Assembly (NCBI GenBank): GCA_951406725.2
Contig: OX597819.1
Location: forward strand, 114,948,001-115,012,000
Source: Octopus vulgaris
Lineage: Eukaryota
Direction: 5' to 3'
DNA: 64,000 bases
The position numbers and the translations under genes were made by a program. Position 1 is the first letter of the stretch; every line of letters begins with the position of its first letter. The notes under the pieces were generated by a model, which had not been told where the DNA came from, made no database searches, and saw nothing but the letters and a program-made list of their open reading frames with translations. Below, in pieces: positions 50,500-64,000 of the stretch.

Positions 50500-53400
50500 C
50501 TCTACACACATACATACATTGTGATTGCTTCATTTTTGCAGATGATTGCCGTCTTCCCATGTGCTCCCATCAACCATCATCAGCTCCAAACGTCCGCCCA
50601 TGACCCCTTATGTGGCTTTTAAGTCCAGCATTAGATTTGTACGGTCTGGCGCAAACGTGACAGACGAAAATGCTCCCTCTATTGAATTTATTGGGTCAGC
50701 ATGTGGGATGTTATCCTTGTGTACCCACACATGTCTTTTAAGACCAGATGTTGATTTGCCGATCTTTTTGCATACCACGCATGTTGTCTCACCTAACATT
50801 GGAGGGATAGAGCTGCGTACATTTGGCTTTTTATGTGATTTTCAATGAGTGATGCACCCAAATTTAGAGAGCAGTAAATGACCACACACCTCACAAATCC
50901 AGCTCACCATGTTCTTTTTGATGTTCATAGTGTGGCCTTTTCGAAGTTGGCGTTTAAGGTTTTCATGATCAAGGCGTCTCTCTTCAAACATTCTGCAACC
51001 TTCCTTCACATAACCTCCACATTTACCCCCCTTTAAAGCAAGCACTTCTCAGATCTGATCTTCAAGCTGAAGATCTTTAAGGCTGTTTTTTATGGAATCC
51101 TTTATATCTTTTTCTTGGTTTGTGATGAGAGTGTTTCCCAGAGTGCAATTGATTGCAAAGTAGTTGTTTTGGGAGTTTTACTCATTTATGAACACAACAT
51201 GGCCTACCCAACGCATTTGAGAGGATATGATGTAGATTCAATGCTGTGGCAGCCAACATCTATAAGGATTTGTGTGTCAGGTAATTTCTGTTGCCATTTG
51301 AGGTTTAGGATTCTTCTTAAACACTTTTGGTTAAAGTGTTCAAGCAAATTAAGCTGCTTACAATGTACTGTCCACGTTTCCGAAGAGTACAACAGAGCAC
51401 TTAACATGCAGGCCTTGTGCACACTAATCTTGGTCTTGATTTTGATGCCATGATCTGCCCACACTATGTTTTCGAGTTTTCCAAAGCTACAGAGGCCTTC
51501 TGAATGCTCATGTGTATTTCTGCATCTAGTGAACCATCCCTTTATAATGTGCTGCCCAGGTAAGCAAAAGTGTCATCTACACCCAACCTAGATCCATGCA
51601 TCATAATATTTGGCTCGATATATGCTTCTCCTGGTGATGGGGTGAACATTACCTTAATCTTTTTTTAAATAATTTTCATGCCAAAGGCATTACAAGATGC
51701 TGCAAACAATCCATGATATGTTGCATGTCATCCTGAGAGTGAGTCAAAAAGTCAACATCCTCTGCATACAAGAGTTCTCTAATATTTGAAACACCTTTTA
51801 TTTGAAATTGAACCTTCTTGGGTCAAAGATCCTTCCTGTAGTTTTAATTTTCAATAGAATACCCTTTACACAGTCCTGGAATGCATGAGGTAGCATCACA
51901 GTAAAAAATATTGAGAACAGTGTGGACACCAGGATATCTCGCTGCTTCACGCCATTATCAACTGGGATTTCATTGAACAATTTTCCATTCAAGACAACCC
52001 AAGCCTTCATATTTCTGTGCAGTCGAACGATCATATCAATAAATTTTGGTGGGCACCCTATTTTCCCAAATATTTTTCACAGTGCACCTCTGTTCACTTT
52101 ATCAAAAGCTTATGATTCAAGGATTACTGTAGGACAAATGTCTTTCATCAACCTCTTCAACAATAACCTAACAAGAACTTTGCCTACAGACTCCATCAGG
52201 GTGATATCGCGGTAGTGATCGCAGACGCCTTTATTCCCCTTGCCATTAAACAAAATCACCAAGATACCATCTATCCAGTCTTGTGGTGTAGGAACTCCAT
52301 CCCACCACTGTGATGAGATGAAGTATTGTTTGTGTTATGTTCTTATTACCAACCTTTAACAGTTCTACAAGAATTCCACCTGATCCAGGTGCCTTACCTG
52401 TGTTTAACTGGTTGATGGCCATTTTAACCTCATTATAGTTTGGTAATCGATCCATTTTGAAATTTACAAGGCATTGAGTGACGCCATCTAGCTCATCATG
52501 ATCAACTGATGATGGTTTATCAAATAAATTAGTGAAATGTTCTTGCCAACGTTTAAGGATTTTCTCTGACTCTTTGATGACGGCAGTAATCTCCTTGGAC
52601 CTAATGGGAACAATAGACAAAGTTGTTGGACCATATACTACACGCAAAAGACTATAGAACAGTTTTAAATCCTTTGCGTTATAAGCTCTTTGAATGCTCA
52701 CGTAGTAAGGTGGTTTTATATTCTTTATATGTCTTTTTAAAAGCAGATAAACTCTTAGAGCACTTTGCTGGAAGCTTTTCATGAAGAGCATGCTTTTTCA
52801 TTAAAAGTTGACTGATAACCAGATAATTATCATCAAATCAATCTTTATGTTGTTTTTATTATGAATCCAAGTTCTGCTCCTGCTGTGTACAAATGATCCC
52901 TGAAGTTTATCTATGTTCCATCGAAATCAATATCATTCAAAAATTTTTTCAAAGCCTCAGATATCTCTTGCTGTTTTAACTTTGCGACATCAATACGCTT
53001 CAGAGTTTTGATCCCACACATACGAGATTTTTTCCGAATACGTAACTTAAATTTCCCTGAAACATCTTATGGTCTGTGATACATTTTGCACCGCGTATGA
53101 CACGCACATTGCAGACATCATTCAGATCGCATCTCCAGGTTACAATGGAATCTATCATGTGGCCATCTTCTGACCTTGGATGTATCCAGGTAACTTTATT
53201 CTTCTTCTTTTGGGGGAAGAATCTGTTATGAATTGCTAGGTTGAGCTCTGAACAAGACTCAAGCAGCTTCAGACCATTGACATTCATCTAACCGATGCCG
53301 TAATGGCCTAATGCATCCCATGTCTCATGGTGTTTGCCAACTCGGGCATTTAAATCACAAAGAATGATAACTTTTTCTTCGACTGAAGTAGATACAATTG

Positions 53401-53950
53401 TGACACGAAAGGATTCATAGAATGTCATATTACTTTGGGAGTTAGAGCATAAACTGACAGAATTGTTGTATATCGCCTGCATGCAAGTGGTATCCGCAAC
53501 TTCATTATACGGTCACTGATTCTAGAGGGGCACTCTAATTGTTGTGCTACAGTTTCAAGCACTGCAAAACCTACACTACCATTTCGCCGTTCTCTTTTTG
53601 GTTTCCCTGTCCAGAAAAGTGTGAAACTTGATGACGCCTCAGTCAGCCGATCACACCCTGATAGGCGTGTTTCTCACAAGGCTGCAATATCTGTATCTAA
53701 TCTTTGAAATTCTTTTGTTACCAGTCCGGTTCTCTCTGGTCGATTTGAAGAGCTTTCATCCAGAAGAGTTCTGACATTCCAACAGCAAATATTTATTCTA
53801 ATTCATTTTTTCATAAATGTTTTGCTGTGTGATTCATTTTTTTCTTTCCTGCTTGAATGAACCGCCGATAGCCGCAGTAAACTACCCAACGTTTAGTGCA
53901 CCTTTTCACGCACTTTACCAAAATTTTGGGTGAGTTGTGCTCTCCTTAAA
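50500..53950 (-). mobile_element. Near full-length decayed RTE-clade LINE
   Basis: APE endonuclease ICCWNVRTLLD, CDLNARVG and TDH. RT GKAPGSGGI, GVKQRDIL and FAYLGS. ACMLSALLYSSETW. C-terminal C2H2-like CEVCG/CVVCKK. Confidence 0.9.
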
Positions 53951-54109
53951 AAGGCTCCTCAGATACAGGCGTCTCCACCGCATTTAAGTTCCTATCACAA
54001 GAAGAAATAACAACGATGTTATATTAAGGCCCCTGCCGCCTATGTCTAGATTTGCAGCTATATTCTTCCAACACGAATATTTTGTGTATCTACCCTGCAA
54101 TCTAAGCAA

Positions 54110-54385
54110 GGAGACAAGCTTCTTAAAGTCACCACAGAATCCTACTTTTATTCCTCATAGTTTATTTTCTGAAGAAGCTTTTTGACATTTCATATAGTTC
54201 CTTCACCTGTATAGAGTAAGTAATAGGCAGAAATGGATCTTGATTTCCATTTTGCATTAAAACTGTTTTGAGACTTCTTGCTGAGCTATCTATGAAAAGT
54301 CGCTTTTCTTTTGGGTCATGATCAATGCCAATAGCTGCAAGCAAACTATTTTATATCTTTGCAGAAACAGAGATTTTCACAAACA
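54110..54385 (-). mobile_element. DNA transposase fragment (probably Chapaev3/CMC-like)
   Basis: RLFIDSSARSLKTVLMQNGN motif. Family assignment is from recall only. Confidence 0.55.
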
Positions 54386-56058
54386 CCAAAGTATACTTCG
54401 AATTCCTCTTGTCGTTTCCGGTATACTGTTGATTTGCAGTCCTCCCCCACTAAAATCCATTCCTTCAGCCTGGAGGGGGAGGAAGAGGAGGGGGGTGAAA
54501 GAGGAAAAGGGGAGGAGAGGAAGAGGGGGAGGAAGAGGAGGGTAGGAAAAGGAGGATAGGAGGAAGAGGAGAAGGCGAATGGTATACAGTAATTATAATC
54601 TCCAAACTAAACCTCGGTGAAACAGGCACTGTTCCTCCATTTAAGGAACCATCAAACCACTGCCTTTTCACAAACCACATTACATCTTCATACGACACTT
54701 CCTCACCACCCCTGAAACACTATGGCACTTCAAATCAGCTCATTTGCTAGAGATCCACTTGTATTATGTTAATTCTTGCAATGCATGTGCTTCCCTTGTG
54801 ACACATCAGAGACAACTCCCAGTATGAATGAAATCATCCTCTTAAGTATATCTCTCTACATCCATCACACAACCAAATTCGTGACTCCTAGATCTTAAAG
54901 TTCTTCATTCAAGGTTGCATTGCAGCTATGGATGATCCACTTGATTCAAGGAATAGGATAGAGCGTTAAACGCTTGGACAAAATTACCCCATCTCTACAA
55001 ACTTGACGGCTTTAACGCAACACTGCAATCCCTGCATGACTACATCCAAATTGCAAAGCAAGTTTCTGTTCATCATACAGTCGGCAAATCCTCCAGTCTC
55101 ACCGACTGCAATTATTGCTTGTAGTTTGTCGAAAGTTCCTTTACCAAATTTATCTTCCTTCTTTCTATTTCTCAGCTATGGTGGCTCTCTAAACAGCACT
55201 CCCACGATAAAATCTTCGCAGCTGCTTCTCCCATTTCTTCTACTTTCACTCACACACTTTTGGTAATTCTCTTTCAAAACTATCTTTTTCCGTTTGTCTT
55301 GGCTCTCAGCGACATACATCAAATACAGAGCCAGTCTCAGTTGCTTCAAAGCAACAAGCCCACTGCTCCTTACAATGACTCCCGAACAATGCTCTCCAGA
55401 ATTACATTTTTTCTACAGAGTTCTTTATTCAGCTTTGGAAGCAAAATACAGTATCTCCCATTACCAAGAAGACAAAATCTCTCTGAAGTTGCCAGCGAAC
55501 AAAAAGAAAAAAATTATTGCGTTGTTTACAACATATTTAACTTAGCTTATAATTCTAAATGACTGCTGAAGCACCTAAAACAACAGCTGTTTATATAATA
55601 TTGTATAAACTGTCCAAAATTATAGTCCGCAATAAACAGCTGAAACTGACACAAGTAACACGTTGAAAACATAAACCTAGTTTTAACAAGACGTATTTCT
55701 GATATATTACTTTATGTCAAGAATGACACAGTCATTGTTCTTGGTGCTATTCGTATTTGGTAATCATTTCTTAAGAAAATATTGAAAAATTAAAACATAT
55801 AAATATATAAAAGATACCTATCTTACGTATGTGTGTCTGTTTTATGCCAAAACGAATGTTCTTCATTCTCACATCATTGAGCATGTCAAAAGACTCCATA
55901 CTGTGGCAAAGTTCTTTCTGCCAGCAAGTACACCTGTGCATTATGCAATAGAATGAGCAAATCTTTGGCCGGGCTTAATAGTCATACTAGGGCCTCACAT
56001 TGCATCATCAATGATTCTTTCTAGCAATGGCTTTGCACGTATACGAGAAAGCAGCTAC

Positions 56059-56310
56059 TATGTATGTATGTATGTATGTATGTATGTATGTATGTATGTA
56101 TGTATGTATGTATGTATGTATGTATGTATGTATGTATGTATGTATGTATGTATGTATGCATGCATGTATGTATGTATGTATGTATGTATGTATATATGTA
56201 TGTATGTATATATGTATGTATGTATGTATGATTGTATGTATGTATGATTGTATGTATGTATGTATATATGAATGTATGTATAATTGTATGGTTGTATGTA
56301 TGTGTATGTG
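56059..56310. repeat. (TATG)n microsatellite
   Basis: Direct reading. Similar tracts at 25350-25610, 47490-47630, 56540-56700 and 62230-62400. Confidence 0.95.
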
Positions 56311-56696
56311 CAGATTTGTATGTTTTGTTTTATGTTTGTATTCTCATGCATATAGTTGCATGACTAGACAAATATAATTAAATGATAAACTGGAGAGTTT
56401 TACAGATTTTTACAGTTCCAGTGATGGTCTAGATCTGTAGTCTTTGAATTAGCATTCTCCTTCCTGGTTTTGAGAATCCTAATCTCTCTAGATTGGTATT
56501 TAGGTAGTGTGTTACAAATCCAAGTACCCCAATAATTACAGGTATGTATGCATGTATGTTTGTATGTATGTATGTATGTATGTATATGTATGTATATATA
56601 TGCATGTATATACATACATATATAAATACATACATACATACATACATACATACATACATACATACATACATACATACATACATACATACATACATA

Positions 56697-57080
56697 CGAG
56701 AGACAGTGAACTGGCAGTAGGCAAGGGCATGCAAGGTGGACAAAGTGCTTCAAGGATACATTTAAAGTCACATTGAAGAGCTTTGAGATGAACTCCGACA
56801 CTTGGGAAACACAAGTGTAAGACCGTCCTGCCTGGCAAAGCTGCATCAACAGAAGGGCCACCTCCAACGAGAGCAGGTTCGCATGGGTACAAAGAAAATG
56901 CGAAAAACCCAAGCCCAGAACCCACTCCTCACTGTCAGTCCCTGTTGAGCACCAGTACCCGACTTGCAGCAGAGGCGTCCGAGCACACATCGGACTGATC
57001 GGCCACAGCTGGACACACCGTATCCTGTATCTTTCTCCCAGCTGATATCCCTGATCATCGTCGATAACGACGAACGAACG
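56697..57080 (+). mobile_element. RTE-type LINE 3' fragment
   Basis: GGQ..FKDTFKVTLKSFEMNSDTWE...DRPAWQ and CPTCSRGVRAHIGL-like C-terminus. Confidence 0.7.
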
Positions 57081-57313
57081 ATATAGTTATGTATATATGT
57101 ATGCATCTGCATGTGTCGTTGTTTTTGTGTTGTATTTGTCCTCCACCAACACTTGATAACCTGTGTAAGTGTGTTTTCATCCCCGTAACTTAGCGGTCGG
57201 GCAAAGGGATCGGAGTGAATAGCATTAAAAAAGTATTGGGGTTGATTTGTTCGGTTACACTCTTGAAGGTAGTGCCCCAGCATGGCAGCAGTCCAATGAC
57301 TGAAACAAGTATG

Positions 57314-57348
<35 letters not shown>

Positions 57349-57418
57349 GAGCGAAAGAGGGGAAGAGAGAGAGAGAATGATTCAAATAAACAGATAAAAA
57401 CCTTGGTTGTAATGTACA

Positions 57419-57456
<38 letters not shown>

Positions 57457-57942
57457 ATATATAAAATAAAATACAAAAAGGGACAAGAACGCAAAGCATC
57501 CGGACAACTAGGTGATACAAAAAGGGACAACAAAACATCCAGATAGACGATACAAAAAAACAAGGACGGGTCATTCGAAGCCTTTTATCTTCAGTCAAGA
57601 ACCGGATCATCCTTGCAATTTCGGCTGATTAATCTTGAGATTGCTCCAATCTGACCAGCCCCAACGAAAACTAAGCTAAGCGCATTAGATTCCTTGGAAA
57701 AAAGCATCGAATGTATACGAAAACAAGGACGGAAAAACAGACGATGTTACACGAATATAAATACAAAAATACAATAAAAATAACAATAATAATAATAATA
57801 ACAGGACATAACAACAGGTGTCTTTCGACTGGGGGCGAATTGAATTCAGCTTGCGTGTGTGGAAATGAAGCCTTACGGCTTGTATCTCCTAGTTGTCCGG
57901 ATGTTTTGCGTTCTTGTCCCATTTTGGATTTTATTTTATATA
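57457..57942. mobile_element. (TA)n-flanked element with ~62-bp inverted termini (Penelope-like non-autonomous piece)
   Basis: GGGACAAGAACGCAAAGCATCCGGACAACTAGGTGATACAA pairs with TTGTATCTCCTAGTTGTCCGGATGTTTTGCGTTCTTGTCCC. Confidence 0.7.
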
Positions 57943-58084
<142 letters not shown>

Positions 58085-58755
58085 ACATATAAAATGAGAA
58101 GGCACCGTTGATCATATATATATATATATAAATATATATAATTGATGTAATTGATAATTGGAATCACTCGTGTCGTGTATGTATAGTTTTATAACTTTTA
58201 CTATATTTTACAAGAATATTAATTTTCAATCACCTTTTCGTTCCAGCAAGCTTTAAACAGTAAAGTACAGAGGCAGGTTGATACAAATTTCTTTATAACG
58301 GTTATTACGTTTCTCTTCTCTTTTCCTCACTCACTCTTTCTCTCTCTTTCTCTCTTTCTCTCTAATAATTATTGCTACATTTTTCGCTGCTTCTTCCTCT
58401 CTCTCTTTCTTTCTCTCCTTCTTAGATACACGCACATATATGTGTATGTATGTATATCTGTCAGATCACTTTTAGTGCTACTTGTAGCACATAACAAAAT
58501 ACGACCTGTCAGCGTCGGCGATTTAGCTTGCATCCCTATAGAGCCTACTTAATAAAGACGGTAGCTTTTATTAGAAGTTTTTATTAGACATCCTGCAGGA
58601 CAAAAAACAAAACCTGTCAAAAAGCGGAAGCTCTCAGTAGAATTAACGGCCGACCAACAGCTATGAGCGAGAGCGCTCGAGCATTGCGTAGACATTTCTC
58701 TGAAGGAAAGAAAACTCTGAATGCAAAACCTGCGATTTCGTTTCCAGTCAATGGT

Positions 58756-58955
58756 GTAGGCGTAGGAGTGGCTGTGTGGTAAGTAGCTTGCTTACCAGCC
58801 ACATGGTTCCGGGTTCAGTCCCACTGCGTGGCACCTTAGGCAAGTGTCTTCTACTATAGCCTCGGGCCGACCAAAGCCTTGTGAGTGAATTTGGTAGACG
58901 GAAACTGAAAGAAGCCCGTCGTATATATGTATATATATATATGTATGTATATATG

Positions 58956-58988
<33 letters not shown>

Positions 58989-59210
58989 TATGTGTGTGTA
59001 TACGTTTGTGTGTCTGTGTTTGTCCCCCCACCCCAACATCACTTGACAACCGATGCTGGTGTGTTTACGTCGCCGTAACCTAGCGGTTCGGCAAAGAGAC
59101 CGATATAATAAGTACTAGGCTTACAAAGAATAGGTCTTGGGGTCGATTTGCTCGACTAAAGGCGGTACTCCAGCATGGCCACAGTCAATGACTGAAACGA
59201 GTAAAAGAGT
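58756..59210 (+). mobile_element. SINE family III, full length with internal microsatellite
   Basis: Head TGGCTGTGTGGTAAG...GGTTCAGTCCC, a TA/TG tract, and tail GGTACTCCAGCATGGCCACAGTCAATGACTGAAAC. Confidence 0.9.
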
Positions 59211-59609
59211 AGACTAATCCTCCCTTTGTGAAGAAATGTATACATCGTTTAGAGAGTGGGACTGGCCCCAATCCAGGGTATCTCTTCACTTGAAAAATCT
59301 TCAGGCCCAGGCTATCGCTTGATTTTTAACATATCTTTCATGTGTTGCATATCATGACTGGGAGTAGCTGAGAAAGGCAAAACACTCAAAGAATATAATT
59401 CATGGTTGAATGAAGGTATGTGTCACAGGGAACGGTAAGCTCTCTGAACACTTGTTACAAGAGGCGGCCATCATTGTCACATCTGTGCAAAAAAAACGCA
59501 GATCCCTAGCAGGACAGAAAATCCACATCCATACTGTACATGCTGAAAAGAACAATCAAACGACGACATTGATTGAAATTAAGTGGCGGCCATTACACAC
59601 AGTCACGCG

Positions 59610-59663
<54 letters not shown>

Positions 59664-59768
59664 TAATAAAAAGCATATATCAGAAAGAAGCACACTCTAA
59701 AAATGTAAAGCTGTCCACAATGCTTGGTGGGTGCAAAACCTTGGGTAACTATATTAAATTTTGTTGTA

Positions 59769-59822
<54 letters not shown>

Positions 59823-59824
<2 letters not shown>

Positions 59825-60180
59825 ACAGGGTGGGTGAAAATTAAGTAGGCATTAAAAATGAGTAATAAAATCCATATTCCTTTTACAAATTTATTGAAAC
59901 AAATGATACACGTTCTTTATTACATGGAAAAATAAGAGTAAATCTTTATATTTCAACATAAGCACCGGTGGCGTCAACCAGTTTCCTCAAATGGCTCGGA
60001 GGGGGGGGGTGAACAATCTTCTAAAAGACGTTGTCTGGGATATCATTGAGGGCCTCTTGAATCCGTGTCTCTAAGTCCCCCAGTGTGCAAGGTTTTGTCT
60101 TGTACACCTCTTTTGTGTAACTCCACAGGTAAAAAATCTCATGGAGATCTGGACTTCTTGGAGTTCTCTTTCATTCTTTT
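59823..60180 (-). mobile_element. Tc1/mariner-superfamily 3' fragment
   Basis: PRSPDL..LWSY..VYKTKPCTLGDLETRIQEA, with a TIR-like CAGGGTGGGTGAAAATTAAG end. Confidence 0.7.
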
Positions 60181-60379
60181 GTTGTCTTACCATTTCTATC
60201 AATATATATGCCTAAGGTCCTAGAAGGGTGTAAAGTTAGGTTATTTCCAGAGAAGCACTCGTTCTGAATACTGGCCGATCAACACAGTTGATTTTCAGGC
60301 CAAAGCTGGAATTCCTCAGGTGTAGAAAATCCAAGTCTCAAGACGATTGATCACACCGTAGATGTCCAAAACCGCAAAC

Positions 60380-61015
60380 ATTACGTAAATTTTCACTTCG
60401 AATTTTTGCATAAACTGGTGTTGCAAACAGAGTTGGTGCAGAAAAAATTGTAACGTATCATTAAAGATGAGTTAAAGATACAAAACATATGCGGCCCATA
60501 TGACATCAGGACAGTATTCAAAAGTAATGCAACACTTCGCAAATATCCCCTTCGAGTAAAACCACCAATAGAAGAGAATATGACCAACAACTGCGTGTAC
60601 TCCATCCCATACAGCTGTGGTAGGTTATACAAAGGCAAAACATGCCGCCCACTCAAAATAAGGGTAGAAGAACATTGTAAAGCTGTGACATGAAGAGATA
60701 TTGATAGATCGGGTATAGCTGATCATGTATGAAAAAATTGAGACCACCTCCTCCTGTGGGATGAAGTTAAAATAATAGACAGTGAACACCACTGGAAAAT
60801 ACAAAAAACTAAAAGGAGCACCACATATGCTAGGACACAATATCCTCCTAAGCAGACCGAGTGCAGATATGAACATATGGGAACCGGTATTATGAAAGGA
60901 TTGGAGAATATTAGATTTATAAGCCCCAAAACTCACTCCATAAGGCACATGGCGTAGTGGTTAAGAGCACGGGCTACTAACCCCATGATTCCTACTTCGA
61001 ATCCAGGCAGTGACA

Positions 61016-61064
<49 letters not shown>

Positions 61065-61250
61065 CAACAACAACATCGAAAAATACCTTAGGAATGAGAG
61101 CCCAAGTTCGAAATTTCCCCAAGACACCTGATGAAGGCTGGAGGGTATATCAGTCGAAACGTGTTAACAACAAACACGATGAAGACAAATATCCGTCAAA
61201 TGTAAATAATGTACATAATTCCTTATCTCTTTAACATAAAACTGAATTTT
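60380..61250 (+). mobile_element. Penelope-like 3' remnant (GIY-YIG) with a tRNA-like insert (60944-61013) and a hammerhead-like motif
   Basis: NCVYSIPYSCGRLYKGKTCRPLKIRVEEH. CTGATGA...GAAAC at 61128-61160. Confidence 0.75.
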
Positions 61251-62232
61251 TTCTTTGTCTCCTTCTTATCATTTAGCTATATACAGTATATGTGTGTGTG
61301 TTTGTATGTATGTGGGGGGGAGGGCTTACTCTACATTTACCAGCAACTGACACTTTTTCTTTACACAAGATTTAAACTGCCTTCAAACGACAGTACGAAT
61401 AGCAAGCAAATCTACCAAAACCGAAGTAATTGCAGAAAAACGTCATCATCCAACCCATACTTTCCAAAGTGTTCCCTCCTAAATACTGATTTATTGTTTG
61501 CAGAGAACTCTGATGATCATTGCTTTTATCTTTTTTTTTTTTACTCAGACTGTTGTCTCTCTTTACAAGAGCTTATCAGAGAACATGTTTTCTAAGTACC
61601 TGTATCATTCTTTGTCAGATATCGGAGAATAAAATCGGTCGTTGATAACGACGCTGCAGGAGAGGCTTGTAGGTTTGAGCCAATCACACTTCAGATTTCT
61701 TCAACAAAAATAACCATGTTTAATACAAATTCAAACTGTATAGATTTTATTATTTATATTTTGGCATGTAAATTACTGACGGGAGCATACATATATCATT
61801 TGAGCTTGACGGTAAAATAATATATCTTCGAGTGAAGTTAAGCTTCCCATGTATCAGTAGCCACAATGAAATCTCTTCCTGGTCCCTTCTTGCATCCACC
61901 TTAAAGTTTTTCTGTTTTTTTTTGTTTTTTTTTTCAAATCAAAACATCAAGGATATTTCTATTAGTTTTGTATGGTTTCGGTGTAATTCAGAAATGATAC
62001 ATTTTTCAAACTTCTTGTCACACTGCAGTCTAATAAAACTAATTTTCATTCTAGATTTTTCTCCAGGATAAATCTGTATGTTTCCTAGAAGGAGCATCTG
62101 TAATCCTTATTGATTACCCCCTCATCTCTCTGGAGATGGCTGCTCAATTACTACTGAATAGGTAATTATTTCTCTTTGGCGATCGCTATCGGGACATATG
62201 TATGCATTAGGTGTGTATGAAAGTAGTTACAC

Positions 62233-62263
<31 letters not shown>

Positions 62264-62313
62264 TGTATGTATGTATGTATGTATGTATGTATGCATGTAT
62301 GTGTGTATGTATG

Positions 62314-62344
<31 letters not shown>

Positions 62345-63359
62345 CTATGTATGTATGCATGCATGCATGAATGTATGCAAGTATGTAAGTATGTATATTT
62401 TTCTCTTCATTGGAGTTTTAAGATTATTTGTTGGCGGCGAATTGGCAGACTCGTTAGAGCGTCGCAAAGAATGTTTTGCGGTATTTGATCCGATTTTCTG
62501 CTCTCGGAGTTCAAATCTCACAAGGTTCAACTTTGCTCTTCATTCTTATGGATTAATAAAAAAAAATGTAGCTGTCCAAAGCGGTGGATTAGCGAAACTG
62601 TGAGAAGTCCGAACTGGAATATCTTGCGGTATTTGTTCCTATTCTTTGTGTTCCGAGTTCAAATCCCGCAATTTTCTACTCGGGTACTAGACTTAACCCG
62701 CTTTCCGAGCGGTTTTCTGCAAGTATATGTATTGTTTGCTTGTACGAAACTGCTGTAATGTAGAACTAAATCTGGGGCTCTCATTTCTCTGTGTCACAGA
62801 GAAGCGAATGTCAGTGTTTTGTTATATTAACATGTATTTTCTATGAAACTGTTTCCAGAATGAACAACAAAGTACCAAAACATATTTGGTGGAGGAGAAT
62901 AAAGGTTGTCAAGTTTTACCTTCCCCTCAAAGCTGCAAAGAGATTTTGATTCAGTAGGCCATCTGTAAGCCATGAAGTGTGAGCAAACATCGTCGGCGTG
63001 ACTCTCTGCATTATGTAGATGTATAACAGACATGACATCCTGTTCTCGAAAGACATCGGAATTAGTATTCATTGTTATTCCTTTAATAGACTTGTTCCTA
63101 GTTGAAAAGTTTTTACATCTATGCTTGTATATTCAGTTTGGTTTTTCTGCATCCTGTTTGTTTCCACTGCTGTTGCTATTTGTATCTTACTACTAGTTGC
63201 ATAAAATATTTATCTGCATGTCCTGTCCGTTTAATATTGATTATCAATTGGCATTTAAATACGTACAGATTGTGAAAGCTGGCAAAGCGTATCGTTTTGA
63301 AGTAGATAATTTTTCCTCTTGAGACATCCTAGCCAGTCTGTCATGTGTAGCAGAAACAG

Positions 63360-63590
63360 AGCTGGCAGAATCGTTAGCACGCCGGGCGAAATGCTTAGCG
63401 GTATTTCGTCTGCCTCTACGTTCTGAGTTCAAATTCCACCGAGGTCGACTTTGCCTTTCATCCTTTCGGGGTCGATAAATTATGCACCAGTTACACACTG
63501 GGGTCGATGTAATTTACTTAATTCCTTTGTCTGTGCTTGTTTGTCCCCCTCTATGTTTAGCCCCTTGTGGGCAATAAAGAATTAAGAAAT
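63360..63590 (+). mobile_element. SINE family II, full unit with head
   Basis: GCTGGCAGAATCGTTAGCACGCCGGGCGAAATGC...GAGTTCAAATTCC...CCTTTCATCCTTTCGGGGTCGATAAA. Confidence 0.9.
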
Positions 63591-64000
63591 GGAATCATAT
63601 ATTCTATTCCTACACATGCATCCAGTCATTTGTTTCTGTCATACTCCTACACGTGTATTCAATCATTTGTTCGGTTTTTGTCGCATATTTTTGGACGACC
63701 CATACTGAATTAAAAATTCTAGAGTGGAAACAAATAGCACAGTATGTATATTGCATCATTGTTAAATGAAATCAATATATTACCTAACAATAAACGCAAA
63801 GTCGTTGTAGGCACAGAAAAGAACACAAGGGTGTCATTTCTCAGGGGATCATGGATTGCTCATTTGTGTATAACGGAATGAAACTTGAAATGAAAAAATA
63901 ACTATGTAATTTTGATATGGTTTATAGATATAGTATAAAATTGTTCACGAATATGCTGAAAGTTTCTCAAAAAAATTTTGTAATCGCTTACTTTTAATGA

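Noticed and set aside
60944-61013. tRNA genes (also 11150-11220, 28814-28885, 35337-35407)
   Set aside because: A/B boxes are present but acceptor stems are poor and the sequences run into SINE bodies or repeats, so they are SINE heads or pseudo-tRNAs.

Overview
AT-rich eukaryotic genomic DNA full of microsatellites and transposable elements. The SINE families and (TA)/(TATG)/(CA)/(AAT) content suggest an octopod cephalopod (inference). Most ORF-track entries are microsatellite read-through or decayed TE fragments. Recognisable TEs are a near-intact mariner (265-1556), a Neptune-type Penelope element (2290-6170), HERO-like, R4/Dong-like, RTE and CR1/L2-type LINE remnants, several tRNA-derived SINE families and MITEs. 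The main find is not shown as intact ORFs in the track: a cluster of paralogous spliced genes for small secreted 12-cysteine proteins. Gene A (+) has CDS exons 28572-28647, 29928-30047, 32658-32789 and 34671-34738 (131 aa). Gene B (+) has CDS exons 44119-44194, 44754-44876, 47303-47434 and 48782-48849 (132 aa). They share exon sizes (except 120 vs 123 nt), all phase-1 coding introns, a signal peptide and cysteine spacing, but only about 37% mature-region identity by hand alignment. Each has a conserved non-coding 5' exon and upstream motifs. A third copy of that 5' block lies on the minus strand at ~6847-7007, implying a divergently transcribed paralog whose coding exons lie left of the window. 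TE boundaries are estimated by eye unless a TSD or TIR is quoted.
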